This document shows, in pieces, positions 25,109-38,457 of a DNA stretch of 64,000 nt. The notes below the pieces were generated by a model. It was given only the letters and a program-made list of their open reading frames with translations. It was not told where the DNA came from and made no database searches. Both the position numbers and the translations under genes were made by a program. Where the stretch lies: assembly GCF_006345805.1 (NCBI RefSeq), contig NC_043004.1, forward strand, positions 35,526,001 through 35,590,000. Reading direction: 5' to 3'. This DNA comes from Octopus sinensis. Lineage: Eukaryota. How positions within the stretch are numbered: position 1 is the first letter of the stretch; the number at the start of each line of letters is the position of its first letter.

Positions 25109-27339
25109 TGATAATAATGATACTTTCAGTTGAATTACTTCTTTAGCCAAGAACCAAATTTTCCAGATAATAATTATGTCTGTTATATTGTCAGTAACAT
25201 ATCACTATGACAACCGTTAAACAAGTTCCACTAATTATCAAAAACAATTGTACAACAAAACCAAAATATTATCAATCTAAAAATAATTCTTCAATATTTT
25301 TGTCTGTATTTCTGCCCTTCTGACTTTGTTTTGATATTTCAGAGACAGTTTAAGGGGTAAAAAATTAGTTGCTTTGTTAAGAATGAACAACAAATAATAG
25401 TTTTAATTCTCGATTAATTAATATTTTCTATGTGATACGAGGAAATCTTGAATTTGATTCGATAAATTATGACAACATTTAGTTAAAGCATTTACTAAGA
25501 TATTAATAATGATTATAAATATAAGCATAGAAAATGATTTCAGGAAGTAAAATTGATTGTGTTCAATATATCCAGCCAAGTGATTTCTTTCAAAGAATAA
25601 ATGACATCTGAGACAGAATGGTTTGACAACAACATACCAACTTACTCACATCAGATAAGACCATGCTATTACAACCAGCATTTACCAAAATAATATTTTC
25701 TCATCAATCAAAATTATAGATTCATAAAAATAATAATAAACAATTAAAACGTCGATAAAGATGGACGTATTCCACATTTCAGTAGAATCTCTCTCTTACT
25801 CGATTATCTGTCTGTTTATAGCCAGAGCAATTAATTTCGCAATGTTTACATTTAATTATTTAAATGTAAATGCCCGAAAACTTGATAATGTAATCATGTT
25901 TTGATAGATTGCTGCAAGATTAAACATTTTAAAGTTTTATCTTTTAATAATCAGGAGGGAAAGATTCGCTGAAAGGTCTGTACTTCAGTCTGAGCTAAAT
26001 GTGATCTTAAAGCATTAGGTAAGCTGGTGGATGGAAGTGTATGCAGCTCTACTGAAGTCCATGTGTGTGTGTGTGCAAATTTGTGTGGGTGTGTACATAT
26101 GTACTTATTTGTGCATATGTGTGTGTATGTGCATGCATGTATGCGATTGTGAATATGTCTGTATATGTACATGCATGTGTGTGTGTGTGAATTTGTGTGT
26201 ACATATGTACTTATATGTGCATATGTGTGTGTGTGTATGTGTGTGTGTGCATGCATGTATGTGATTGTGCATATGTCTGTGTATGTACGTGCATGCGTGT
26301 GTGTGTGTGTGTAAACCTTGGCTGCTTCTGTTCCATAATATTTAGAAAACTATCGAGTATGATGTGGAATTTGGGGAGCATTGATTCCAGACTTTGAAAC
26401 GATTGGCTCAAGCTAAATGATTATGTTTCAGTGTTCTCCACAAACAGTTCTGTGCTGTTCAGATAAGTTAATTGTCTATAACTACATCACAAACACAACT
26501 AAGTTATCTTATCAACAATTTAGTTAGCTTCACCCAGACTCACACACTAGTCATCTGACAAATAACTTATTTACTTCTATAATTCCCTCAATTGAGTTAA
26601 GATGAAGCAACAGCGATGATGATGATGATGATGATACAATAGTTCACTTACCCTCATCACGTTAGACTTACATACAAGTAATTTATTTTCCAATAAATAA
26701 CATACTGTAGTAGTTGTGATCTTAATAAAACAACGCTCACCCATGTACAATGTTCCTTTACCAAGATTAGGTTTGATGCTTCGTCAAGTTTGTCTATTCC
26801 TATAAATTATTCAAACTATTTTTTTATGACTGGCTCTTATATTTTTACTATTTAATTACCACCTCAAGAAGAGATACCATTTATTTGCTATTTTGGCAGC
26901 GGTTCTCTCTTTTCTAATCACTGCAGTCTCTGACTCCATATTGTTTATCTGGCCACAGACAAACTTTAATTATTGCTACTTTATAAGAAGTAAATTTATG
27001 GAATATTTATGAATATATTTGATAATTTAATTGTTTTTTAACAAAATTTTCTTCACTTCAATTCCACTCTAGCATCATAAAACATTCATAGAAAGTGTAT
27101 TTTTGTTTCTTGACAAAATCAAAATGAAATCCCTTTTATTTTGATATATTTAGAAACCCCTTCAGTCATAAATAAGGACCCCGTATGTTTTTATTAATGA
27201 TTTATAAAAGTTATTTACTGATTTATATTTTATAATCATATTTATAATTATCTGAAAACTATTAAGTGATTTATTGAGATTATATTTATTCAAACAGATA
27301 ATTTGTTGGCCACTATAAAAATTACCTTTGAAAAAACAT

Positions 27340-27450
27340 ATGGATAGGTATGGCTACATAAATGACAAGTTCCCTTCCAAACTCAGTACTTTTGGGTTCA
27401 GTTTCACTGCATCACACCTTGGACAAATGGCTACTACTATAGCCATGTGA
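27340..27450 (+). mobile_element. SINE family A head (degraded)
   Basis: GGGTTCAGTTTCACTGC..ACCTTGGACAAATGGCTACTACTATAGCC. Confidence 0.6.
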
Positions 27451-27469
27451 GTGTATTTGGTACACTTAC

Positions 27470-27960
27470 ACTTACACATATCAAAATCAAAATCATCTGT
27501 GATAGCGGGGTGCAAAGAGCACCATACGAGTGTGATCGTTATCAGCCTCGCCTTACTAGCACTCGAGCCTCATGCTAGTAGGGTGTTAAGAGCACCATCT
27601 GAGCATGATCATTGCCAGAGCGGCTATCTGGCCTCCGTGCCGGTGGCACGTAAAAAGCACCATTCAAGTGAGATCATTACCAGCATCGCCTTACTGGCAC
27701 CTGTGCCGGTGCCATGTGTAAAAGATTTGAGCAAGGTCGTTGTCAGCACTGCCTGACTGGCTCCCATGTCCGTGGCACGTAAAAAGCACCCACTACACTC
27801 TCGGAGTGGTTGGCGTCAGGAAGGGCATCCAGCTGTAGAAACTCTGCCAGATCAAGATTGAAGCCTGGTGCAGCCATCTGGTTCGCCAGCCCGCAGTCAA
27901 ATCGTCCAACCCATGCTAACATGGAAAGCAGACATTAAACGATGATGATGATGATGATGG
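27470..27960 (+). mobile_element. RTE-type 3' UTR with VNTR units and tail
   Basis: Repeated GGCACGTAAAAAGCACC units, then GGAAGGGCATCCAGCTGTAGAAAC..CCAACCCATGC..(GAT)n. Confidence 0.88.
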
Positions 27961-27961
27961 T

Positions 27962-29760
27962 GACCATGGATGTGTGTTGCTGAACTTTCCAGCAATGTCT
28001 TGAAGATACAAGTGCATTTCTCGGTAATGGCATCAGTGATAATGAGATGTCCATACAGTCTTTCTTTGGTCAGCTGCTTTGCCAAGGAGATATTCAGAAC
28101 CGCCTTGTAATGTGCTGGTGCAAGCACCCTCATGCCTTGCCAATATTTGATGAGTGTCCAAGCAATAGATCTGTAAAATACTTTTGATTTGAAAGTGGCA
28201 TGAAAGAAGTCTCTCTTTAAGCTCATAGTATAGCAATGACTTCCAGAAGACACCAAGGCTATCCAAGACAGTGCCTGCATTTACAAGATGACGTTTTTTT
28301 TGTTCCCTTTCTGTGACTGAGATATTGTTTTCAAGTGTATACAATGATGTTTGCTGATTTTAAAGGATTTTGCTTGATTGTGCTTATTGATATTGTTAAA
28401 TGATTGCAGCTTTATTTAGTGTTTGACATATTGAGATAAAAGTGAATATCTCTTGTCTCTTGTTTAAAGTTGTGTTGATAGAAGATGGCTTCAGAAATGG
28501 TATCTACAACAACAGTGCCACCATCAGTAGATTAGCATCTATTGTTGTTGTGGATGAGTGATGAAGGCAGACGGAAGGATGTAATCTAGACAGATAATAA
28601 ATAGGAAGAAGCCTGTCTGCTACTGAAGAAACCACCGACTTCTCTATTATTTCTATCAGGTGATCATATGTTAACTCATGTTTTTTCAGTGTATCATGAT
28701 TGCTCCTTCTGCTTTGATAATTCTGTAGTTAAGAAGAATTTTCTCCATTTTGCCTCACTCGATCTACAAAATTTTTAAAGAGTTCTTCAGATTTTTGCAG
28801 ATGTGTAAACCTGGTTTCCATGGTGATTTTTCTGGATGCTAAAAATCTTTTCAATAGTAGACTGATTTTTTTCCCCCTGAGTTGATTTTGGTTTCTACAT
28901 AAAACCTTCTTCACTTCTGGATGTATATAATTTACCAATAATTTATAACATATTTTTGCTGCTAAGTCCTTCTGTGAGTTTTGGTTGTAGTTGAATTACT
29001 TTTATTGGAGAATGAGAGTAAAAACACCCTTCGTTTCTTTTTAGGTTTTGATTGTTGATTGTATTACAAATATGAAGATGAATTTCATTGACTGCTGCTG
29101 TCTTTCAAAATTCTAGAGTTATATTATCAGGGCCAGCTGTCTTTTTGCTTTTGTGTTTTGGTGGGGAGTCCTTTTCAGTATATCGGTCAGTTTATCTAAT
29201 TATGAAAACACAATGGCTGATGACCACTTCATATTTACTATCAGTTTCTGTGAGTCTATGAGAAATTACTGGGGAATTACTAGGAATGTGTAATCGTTTC
29301 TGAAGATTTGTGGCATTTTGTTTCAACTTATTCATACTTTTCCTGCCAATAGAATTATTGGCAGTTTATCATACCAAAGATGGTCATTTGTGCTGCATGC
29401 ACAATCAAACCTGTTTGGCTGTCAGTATATTTTTATTGTTCAATTCACAAGTGTAAGATCTTACTGAGCTCTTTTGAATTTCATGACATTTGTTCCACAA
29501 GTATAGTTGGCTTTAAGTTGGTGGCACTCAACAGTTGATCGTGTTTCTTGAAAATTGCTTTAGAATGCCTTGGGACTTTATACTTGGTTTTCATCCTGAT
29601 CGAAAGAGCCTTGTTACCTGTCATATTGTGGATGACATGACACAAAATTGTTTTATGTTGCACATTGGGAATTGATTTCAGTTTCTGCTGCCAAGACTAT
29701 GAACCTTTTTCCAACTGAGATAATGTATTGATGAAAAACTTCTTGCAAAGAGAAGTGAAA
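27962..29760 (-). mobile_element. Decayed LINE ORF2 (RTE/RTEX-like), RT core apparently missing
   Basis: KTAGPDNITLEF; NYIHPEVKKVLCRNQNQLR..FVD; LKRDFFHATFKSKVFYRSIAWTLIK..AVLNISLAKQLTKERLYG, in correct order on the minus strand. Confidence 0.8.
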
Positions 29761-30614
29761 GCCAGTCATATGGAAAACATTTTATTTTAAACAACTAGCA
29801 TTCATTGAAAGTAAAGAACCCTAGTTGTAAAATATTCTTTTATATTATTTCGCACAAAAAACGACAGAAATTGTGAGTTAATTCCATCTTCAGTAGTCTG
29901 GAAAATATTGGTGAAAGAAGATTTGAAATTTATAGCAAGTAAAAACGAGTTTATAAATAGATAATTCCTGAGACATCAGGGGAAAAGGAGAACAAAGGTC
30001 AGCAAATTAAGAGACAATAATTAATTTTAGCCTAGTTTGGTATTTTATGTGTTATTTATTAAAGAATTATCCAAGACGTTCTATTATGAGAAGTGGTGAC
30101 AATTTAAAAACAAATTTATTTTATAAATATTTATAAATCTAAGAATGAAGGACATTAGACAATGAGGTATAGCATGCACATCTATATATATTTCCACACA
30201 TACCTATGTGGTGGGGGTGCGTAAAGTCATATTCAACATGCGTGAGCACACTTGGATGTGGGAAGACCTACCACTGCAGAAAGAGTCCCAAGAGAAAATC
30301 TCCAAGACAACATGTGAAGAAACACTGCGCTGAAAATGGTGTTATCAATTGTAAGATGCGTGTGTTCCTGCATTCTTTCACATTGTCAACTATGAACAGC
30401 AAATCTGTCACTCACAGCCTGATAAGAATGAATTTGTTTCTAGATTAGAACAGCATTTGGTACAGATGATGATGTGTATAAAACTTTTCCGAGCTTAAAT
30501 GAAATAAAGTCACACGAAGCAGCATTGAATAAAATATTTTTGTGTAAAGTCTTGTTTAACTTTTCACGGATACATTTTAATCAACGTTGCTTCAAAAGAC
30601 TTTATTTATGCATA

Positions 30615-30830
30615 CATCATCACTGTTGTTGTATCAACATCCATTTTTCTTTGCTTGCATGAGTTGGAAGGAATTTGTTGAGACAGATTTTATATGGCCA
30701 GATGCCTTTCTTGTTGCCAACCCTCACCTGTTTTCAAGGAAGGGGATATTTTCCTATGGCCAGACATGTCTTCATGGAAGATTGGAAATGAAGGACTCTG
30801 CTTGCATAACAGTAACAGTCACAACTATTA
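30615..30830 (-). mobile_element. RTE-type tail, variant family
   Basis: Reverse complement GAGGGTTGGCAACAAGAAAGGCATCTGGCCATATAAAATCTG..CCAACTCATGC; related copy at ~49610-49800. Confidence 0.6.
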
Positions 30831-31249
30831 CAGGATGTTAAGCCAAGGAGACTTCCTGTCCTATTTCTCTTGGTAACTTATCAGTGCACCTTGGTTATTT
30901 CTATTGTGACACATTTAGACAGCAAACAAGAGTTTTATGCTTCAACTTGTTTATCAGTTTGCCTTTTCCTCAATCTGAAATATTACTTACAAATGTATGG
31001 CTTAGGGGAAAAATTCTGGCTGTTCCCAATGTGCAACCATTCTTTATATTCTCCTTTTTCTTTAGCAAAGCTGTTCTGTTCATGTTTAAAGAGTAGAGAT
31101 AAACACAAATATCCTCCAAAACCCTGAATATAGGCCAATGTAACAGGATAATGGGATCAATGGATATTATAACAACTTTGATAACAAAAAATATAAAGAT
31201 ATGAGATATTATCAGTGTTTGTGTGCACAGATACGTGTGATGGGAAAAC

Positions 31250-33060
31250 CTCATCCTCAAGTTGTATATGTAGTCCTATGACTGTATCAAGAATCCTAAG
31301 AATAAGAATTGGTATACAGATTGTCTGAATTAATTTAATTTTTACTGCAGCCTCTTGAAATTTGGTTTCTACCAAAATATCAAAGTTTGGTCATCACTTG
31401 AAATGGTCTTCAGTTATTGTTATTCTTGAACAATATTGCAAATAACTGCTCACAAACAAATGCACTTCCAAACTGATATTATTCTGGTAGTAAGCAGAAT
31501 GAGTTCAGGATAGCTTAATGCAAAAAAACTCTTGTATTCAGGATATCTACAACTACAATACTGATAAGAAAAGACGTTTTGCCTTGAGAGCTGAATCCCA
31601 TTTCATATCTGTTACTTCAAGTTCTTCAGAAAAAACATTAATGTCAAACAGAAAATGGATCCAGTAAAATAGAGAACTTTTGCTTAATTTCATGTAAATC
31701 TGAGAACCATTTTTTAAAGTCTCTTCTTAAGTCAGCAACTACTTTTCACAAGATATCCTTTCATATTTAGGAGAAGACTCAAATTATTTCACAACTACAA
31801 AATAAGATAAATTTTCTGTCAACGTTTGATTGGTCCAATGCCAAGATTAAAAATGCTTCAATGACTACTAATGCCAGTCAGAACAGTTAAATGTTGAATT
31901 TATTCAGGAACATGTTCTTACTTTCATTTCAATGGCAATTTTTACTTAATCAACAAACATTGCTGTGTGAGAGGGCAGTCCATGTGAAGCTCCAGTCTTC
32001 CTTAAAGAAGTACCAAATTCTTGGTGATTTGATTTATATACACACATAAGATTGTTTTTATCACAATATAATATCAATACTATATTCCACTTCCATAGCT
32101 GTGCAGCATAACAAATTGTAGAGATGGTGGTCTTAATTTATCAATAAAAAAATTTTTATTTCCATCTGAACACTGCAGCTAAGTAAATATGTCTACCATT
32201 TATGGAGTTCCATTGTTAATTTATTTAAAGGACAATCAAAAATTGAATTATATCATTCTCTGTTGCTTAGGCTTTAAGTACAAATTCCACAATTCTTCAG
32301 TGATGTATATATTTTCATTACCATCTTAGATTAAGTTGTGCTACAAGAGTGATGTTGATGCTTTAATCAATGGCAATGGAAAACGCAATTAAAGAATGGA
32401 CTTTATGCTTAAGTCACAAGTCTAAGTTTTCAGAGTTATCCATAATATAGTCAGTCAAAGAGTTCTTTGGCAATAACATATTCGAAAATAATTGTTGTCT
32501 TTTTTAAAGCAATCTATCTCTGACATGTTACCTTAGTCATGCATTTTTTAAACAAATTCTTCAGAAAGCAGTTTTGCTTTGACAAATTGGCTATTTCTTT
32601 TGCAATTACATTACAAGCACTATCTGCATTAGTACCACTCTGTTTTTTCTGATTCTCTAACTAAATACAGACTTGATCAACTTTTTCTTTGTAAATCTCA
32701 CCACTATGATCTTTAAATTTATCTTCCTGATGCCTGTGCTTTTTAGCAACAGAAATTTGTTTACAGGATGGCTTACCTTCCAATTCAACAAAAAAATACA
32801 AACCTTCCATCTATTTTTTGTTTCTTTGTTTCTCTATTCAATCTCAACTTTTCTTTGCTTTGACATAATGGATTGTGGTTGACAGAAAAATTTTAGATGA
32901 AGTGATTCGTAAAACTAAAATTACCTTCAGTGAAAGCAATACACCATTACTACAAAATATTGCTTACGTTCTTGAGTTGTGCATTTCAACTGCACTTTTG
33001 ATAAAACAGTAACTGGGCCTCATCTATTTCTTCTTAGAAATTATTAGTTGATTTTCCAGA
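31250..33060 (-). mobile_element. hAT transposase fossil (GTF2IRD2/SPIN/Charlie-like)
   Basis: FSIAID*S..AQL..ITEEL (first catalytic-Asp region), EVEYSIDILY, and FGSAFVCEQLFA (hAT dimerisation motif FGSTYLCEQLFS); many stops. Confidence 0.75.
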
Positions 33061-33439
33061 AATACTAGGTTAGTTGTATTATTACTTTTTTTTTTTGTCA
33101 AAGGTCCTTTTCAGCAGAATGTACTTTTTAAGCTGCAGATCATTATCTAGTGTAACAATTTAAAAATGATGATACCAGAATCAATAATATAGGCAATTGC
33201 AGGCCCCCAAAAAACATTAAATAGCTGAAGGATTAAAATCGTTGCCCTAGATAATAATAGAGTCAATGATATTTTCACAAATATTTTCTCATCAATTATT
33301 TGCTCTCTATATATACATATATGTATTTGCATAAAAAGATGCATTTGAAACGTTTTGCCTAACATGTGCTTCTCTATAGTTCTGCCTTATTACCTTCTTA
33401 AATGGTATGTTATATTTGAATTTAAGAAATCTTAATATA

Positions 33440-34656
33440 CAGGGTGCGCGGGGTATGAGGACATTTCATTTTTAGTTCAGTACACCTTCAAATTATGTGA
33501 TGCATCATTTGCTTTTCTCAGATAACCCTTTCAAGATATGATGCTAACTCAAGAAAGGAAAAGACATGCAGTCGTAGTTGCTTTACATGCAAACCACATT
33601 GATTTAGAAATTAGCAACTTTCTAAATGTTGCCAAATCATTTCTACACAAAGTTTAGTTGGAATTGGAAGCATGTAATGGTAATGTTTCATCTGTATCAA
33701 AGAGAAAAATATATTCACAATGCTCACACACTAAAAGGAGAACGGAATTTATACCACATGTTCAAAACATTATCAATGAGGTCCATTGTTAAAGAACTTC
33801 AGTTGCCAGAGTGGAGTATCAGAACTGTGGTACATCATGACATTCGATACACCTCCTATGTAATGAGAAAAGGCCAATTTGTGTCTGCAAAGACACAGGA
33901 AAACTGTCTCATCTGTTCAAAATTGTCACTTAACAAAGTGAAAAACTGTCATGAACAAGGCATGCTTTGGTTTTTCTGTGATGGAAAAAACTTTAACCAG
34001 GATCAAAAGTCTAGCAGAAAAAATGAAGTACCCAGAGTGATGCACATGAAATTTCCAGCAACTGTGATGGTTTTATGAGTGGTGAGTAGTAAAGGTCATG
34101 TGATGCCTTCCCACTTTTTTCCACAGGGTCTAAGAATTAATGCTGCTGGATACACTGAGGTACTGAAAACTGTTATGAAGCCCTGCATTGATGAAGTAAG
34201 CAATGGAAAACCATATGTGTTTCAGCAAGACTCAGCACCTTCCCACAAAGCCCTAGTCACCCAAGAATGGTTGTCAAACAATCTTTACGATTATGTAACA
34301 CCCAATATATGGTCTCCAAACTCACCAGATTTGAACCCCAGAGACTATTACATGTGGAGCATTGTTGAAAGGGAAACTAATCATCATCCTCATAATACCA
34401 TAGCTTCACTGAAAGCTGCCATTGTCCAAGTGATGTTTGAAATGAATAAGTACCATATAGTGTCAGCATGCCAGCAGTTTCGGTCCCACATTGAAGCAGT
34501 CACCAAAGCCAAAGGCAGTTTCCTAAAATAATTTGCTTAAAAAATCATTATCAAGACTAATTGCACAAATGTTTATTAAAACACATAATTATTTATGCTG
34601 AAATATCTTTGTTTCATTGTATACAAAATCTGTCCTCAAATACCCCTCACACCCTG
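33440..34656 (+). mobile_element. Full-length Tc1/mariner DD37D (maT) element with broken transposase
   Basis: TA|CAGGGTGCGCGGGGTATGAGGACA left TIR versus TGTCCTCAAATACCCCTCACACCCTG right TIR; WFFCDGKNF, QQDSAPSH, SPDLNPRDY with 37 residues between the 2nd and 3rd Asp. Confidence 0.95.
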
Positions 34657-35419
34657 CAGCTTTAATTACTCTAAATTGGTGAATCCTCTTTATATTTTAC
34701 CCAGCTATATAATAATTTGAAACTAACCGCTTCCAAATCTCACCATCTTTCTCCAGTTCATGAAATATTTATTAAGAGTGTGTTTAAACAACTGCTTTAG
34801 TGAAACTAGTTATAAGAAACAGTTGCAAACAGCCTTGTTGTTGTTACTTATCCACAAATGAGAAATCATTACAGTTTTCAAGTTGCCTCTCCAATGCCCA
34901 ATATTGAAAATCTCATGGATTCTATAGCAAAATGAATCTGAAAGCAATATGTCATCAACTGGCATACTATATCATGGGGATGAATGGCACACTGCATTTC
35001 AAGCTGGTCAATGCTTATTCCAACGTACAAAGTTATCTTTTGCTCTGACTAAAACTATAAGCACTTTTCAAAGAATGACAGATGTCATAATTGGTCCTAA
35101 TGATATCAAGTGAACATAGCTTTCTCAATGTTATTGATATTGGCAAACCTGTTAAGGAGTGTAATCAGAGAGACTGGCCAAATTTATTTCTGTTACTAAA
35201 AGACCTCAATATTACACTGAAGAATGACAAATGTCTTCTCCATCAAATTTCCATTTATTTCCAGGGGTACAAAATAGAAGAAAAAAAACCCCCAGCTCTC
35301 TACAATCTGACCTAGAATGATTGAAATCTCTTCGTTAATTACCTCAAATGTTAAACAATGACTATGACCTCTAAGTTTGATTAGTTATTCCTCTAAAAAC
35401 ACCGAACTACAATCAGCAA

Positions 35420-35860
35420 GCTGTGTCTTGGCTGTGTGGTAAGTAGCTTGCTAACCAACCACATGGTTCCGGGTTCAGTCCCACTGCGTGGCATCTTGGG
35501 CAAGTGTCTTCTGCTATAGCCCCGGGCTGACCAATGCCTTGTGAGTGGATTTGGTAGACGGAAACTGAAAGAAGCCTGTCGTATATATATATATATGTGT
35601 GTGTGTGTTTGTGTTTGTATGTCTGTGTCCCCCTAGCATTGCTTGACAACCGATGCTGGTGTATTTACGTCCCCGTCACTTAGCAGTTCGGCAAAAAAAC
35701 CGATAGAATAAGTACTGGGCTTACAAAGAATAAGTACTAGGCTTACAAAGAATAAGTCCCGGGGTCAATTTGCTCAACTAAAGGCGGTGCTCCAGCATGG
35801 CTGCAGTCAAATGACTGAAACAAGTAAAAGAATAAAAGAAAAAAGAAAGAATAAAGAATG
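35420..35860 (+). mobile_element. SINE family A, full-length, well preserved
   Basis: A-box TGGCTGTGTGG, B-box GGTTCAGTCCC, CORE-like CTTGGGCAAGTGTCTTCT, central TA/TG tract, tail ending in (GAATAAAA)-like repeats; 22-bp internal duplication near 35705-35750. Confidence 0.92.
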
Positions 35861-36429
35861 TACTGGTCACTCGCCATTGGGGTGAAGTACCAACTTTTTG
35901 TCCACACACACACTAATCCCTTCCATCGATTTTTCCCCTCTATGTCAAGGCAACTTACTGGAAATTCCCTCCGTGTTCATATTCTTCCAGCAAGTATCAG
36001 CCTACAGAAGTTCAAACTCTGAATGTCACTTGGTCTGCAATGACATCACAAATCTGAAGAGATGTGAAAGAGTTTTGAGCATTTCCCCACATCTTTGATC
36101 AAATAATAAAAAAACAGGAATATCTGTAAAGGAAATCAGTCACCAAAAAGGATGATGGTAAAAAGCTACAGTGTAGAACACAGCAAGAGGGAGTAAGGAA
36201 AGTGATAGCAATAATAAAAAATAAGGTGTGTGTGTGTGTGTGAGTAACAGGTAGGTATGCCAACAAGAGGGTATGCAATACATGTGATGGAGTTTAGATA
36301 TTAACAGCTTGACTCAGAATTACATTACTTAATATTTCAGGGACACAAAACCAACTTCTGATCATTTGGACACTTTAGACTGATTGATGAGTTAGCCACA
36401 CCTTCTAAATATCATTATTTATCATTGTA

Positions 36430-36620
36430 TCATCATCATCATCATCGTTTAACGTCCGTTCTCCATGCTAGCATGGGTTGGACGGTTCGACCAGGGATCT
36501 GGGAAGCCAGAAGGCTGCACCAGGCTCCAGTCTTATCTGGCAATGTTTCTACAGCTGGATGCCCTTCCTAACGCCAACCACTCCGTGAGTGTAGTGGGTG
36601 CTTTTTATGTGCCACCTGTA
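36430..36620 (-). mobile_element. RTE-type 3' tail copy
   Basis: About 10 mismatches in ~175 bp versus 23618-23790 by eye. Confidence 0.9.
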
Positions 36621-37219
36621 TAAGAGGTGAAACTCTTTGTCATTGGTCAATTTGGATAACATGGCAGAGTGGGATGTCAATTTTTCCATTAGATCCAAAT
36701 ACGTCAGTCCAAGTAGAATCAACAAATATGTTGTTTATTTAAGTTGTGACACGACTCATAATTATTCATCAACGATGGATTGACTGAGCAATGGCTGATT
36801 CCTTGCACTTTATATTCTTGTTTATAAACTAAATATAATATTTTAAATGAAAGTACCAATTAAGCATTTTCCATTCTCTGTCAACTGGTTTTACCATCCA
36901 ATTACAATGGAATAAGTTAATTGCTCATCACAGTCAACACATTCACAGTTTTACATTCACAGCACTGACATCACAAGTAGTTTTCTAACTATAAACTACG
37001 TAATCATTTGTGCTAACAAAGAAAAATTAATTAACTTACTTTGACAGATGCTGCACCATCATGTCCAAGGGGATTATCAAACCATTAACACATCGTTTTT
37101 AGTGATGTAAATTCATGTTCTTTTTTAAATAGTTATTAGATTTTCTCTTCTGGATGATGGTTATAAAGTGACACTCATGGATAACAAATAATGTTGTATG
37201 CATTTATACAAACACACAC

Positions 37220-37531
37220 ACATATATATATGTGAGTGTGTATGTGTATATATATATATATACACATACATAGATACATATATATATAAATACATATATA
37301 CATACATATATATATACACATACATAGATACATACATATATATATAAATACATATACACATACATATATATATATAAATACATATATACATACATATATA
37401 TATATAAATACATATATACATACATATATATATAAATACATATATACATACATATATATATAAATACATATATACATACATATATATATAAATACATATA
37501 TACATACATACATACATATATAAATACATAT

Positions 37532-37570
<39 letters not shown>

Positions 37571-37575
37571 CATAT
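37220..37575. repeat. TA-rich compound micro/minisatellite (~30 bp CATATATACATACATATATATATATAAATA units)
   Basis: Directly visible; a second TA/TATG tract lies at 37735-37970. Confidence 0.95.
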
Positions 37576-37735
37576 TATACGGTTGGAATTTACAAAAAAC
37601 AAAGACAGGTGTTTAAACAACAAACAGATGTATTAGTTTAACGCTCAGGAAGTGAGAAAGTCTTTTGCATTTCAAGCCTACGCTCTTCAACAGAAAGGAA
37701 CACAGAAATAAGCAGAGAGAAAATAAAATACACAC
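37575..37735 (-). mobile_element. Hammerhead-like mini-element copy
   Basis: Reverse complement CTTT-CTGTTGA-A-GAGC-GTAG-GCTT-GAAA-TGCA-AAAG..TCCTGAGCGTT..CTAATACATCTGTTTG, clearly homologous to 4870-5049. Confidence 0.7.
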
Positions 37736-37805
37736 ACATATATATTTATATATACATATATACATATGTATATGCATATATATATATGCATATATATATA
37801 TACAC

Positions 37806-37842
<37 letters not shown>

Positions 37843-37896
37843 TATATACATATATATGTATATATGTGTATGTATGTATGTATGTATGTATGTATG

Positions 37897-37954
<58 letters not shown>

Positions 37955-38269
37955 TATGTGTGTGTGTGTGTTAGCATTTTTCAACACTGATTTGCTGCCA
38001 CACCAGTCTCTTCAGGCAAGTCCATACAACAATGAGTGCGATAGACTTAGTTTTGCTCTACTTTAAATTGTTTTGTTCTGCGATGCCAACAGCCTCCTGT
38101 CTGATGAACATTGTACAGTAAATACTTGTTTGCAGAGCATTGATTAATCAACAGGAAATAGATATTGTGATATTGATTTTATAATTATGATCTTAACACC
38201 ACATTACTAAACTATAAACAAAACAGAGATAGGAAGAGGTGGAGGGAAGGAGGAAATTACATAATAGGC

Positions 38270-38440
38270 AATAGGTAAATGCCTTTCGTACTTGACAAAT
38301 TTGATATATCTCTTCAAATGTTCAAATGTGAGTTCTGAAAGAGAATCCTGGGTGTTAAGCTGACCAACAGAGACTAAGAGATGATCCGGCAAAACGAAAT
38401 ATTGAACAACAAGTCTTTGAATTACTGTTCTGGATATGGG
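38270..38440 (+). mobile_element. Short LINE RT C-terminal remnant
   Basis: LQMFKCEF*KRILGVKLTNR resembles RTE 'LEVFEMKCLRRILGV..DR'. Confidence 0.35.
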
Positions 38441-38457
38441 GATATTAATAAAATCAG

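Noticed and set aside
35420-35500. tRNA-like A/B boxes (also 872-1098, 44030, 53127)
   Set aside because: These are SINE heads with no complete cloverleaf; not called tRNA genes
13600-36001. Phase-compatible chain of minus-strand candidate exons (36001-35959, ~23003-22894, ~13690-13590)
   Set aside because: Phase compatibility arises easily by chance and the stitched peptide resembles nothing I know; not reported as a gene
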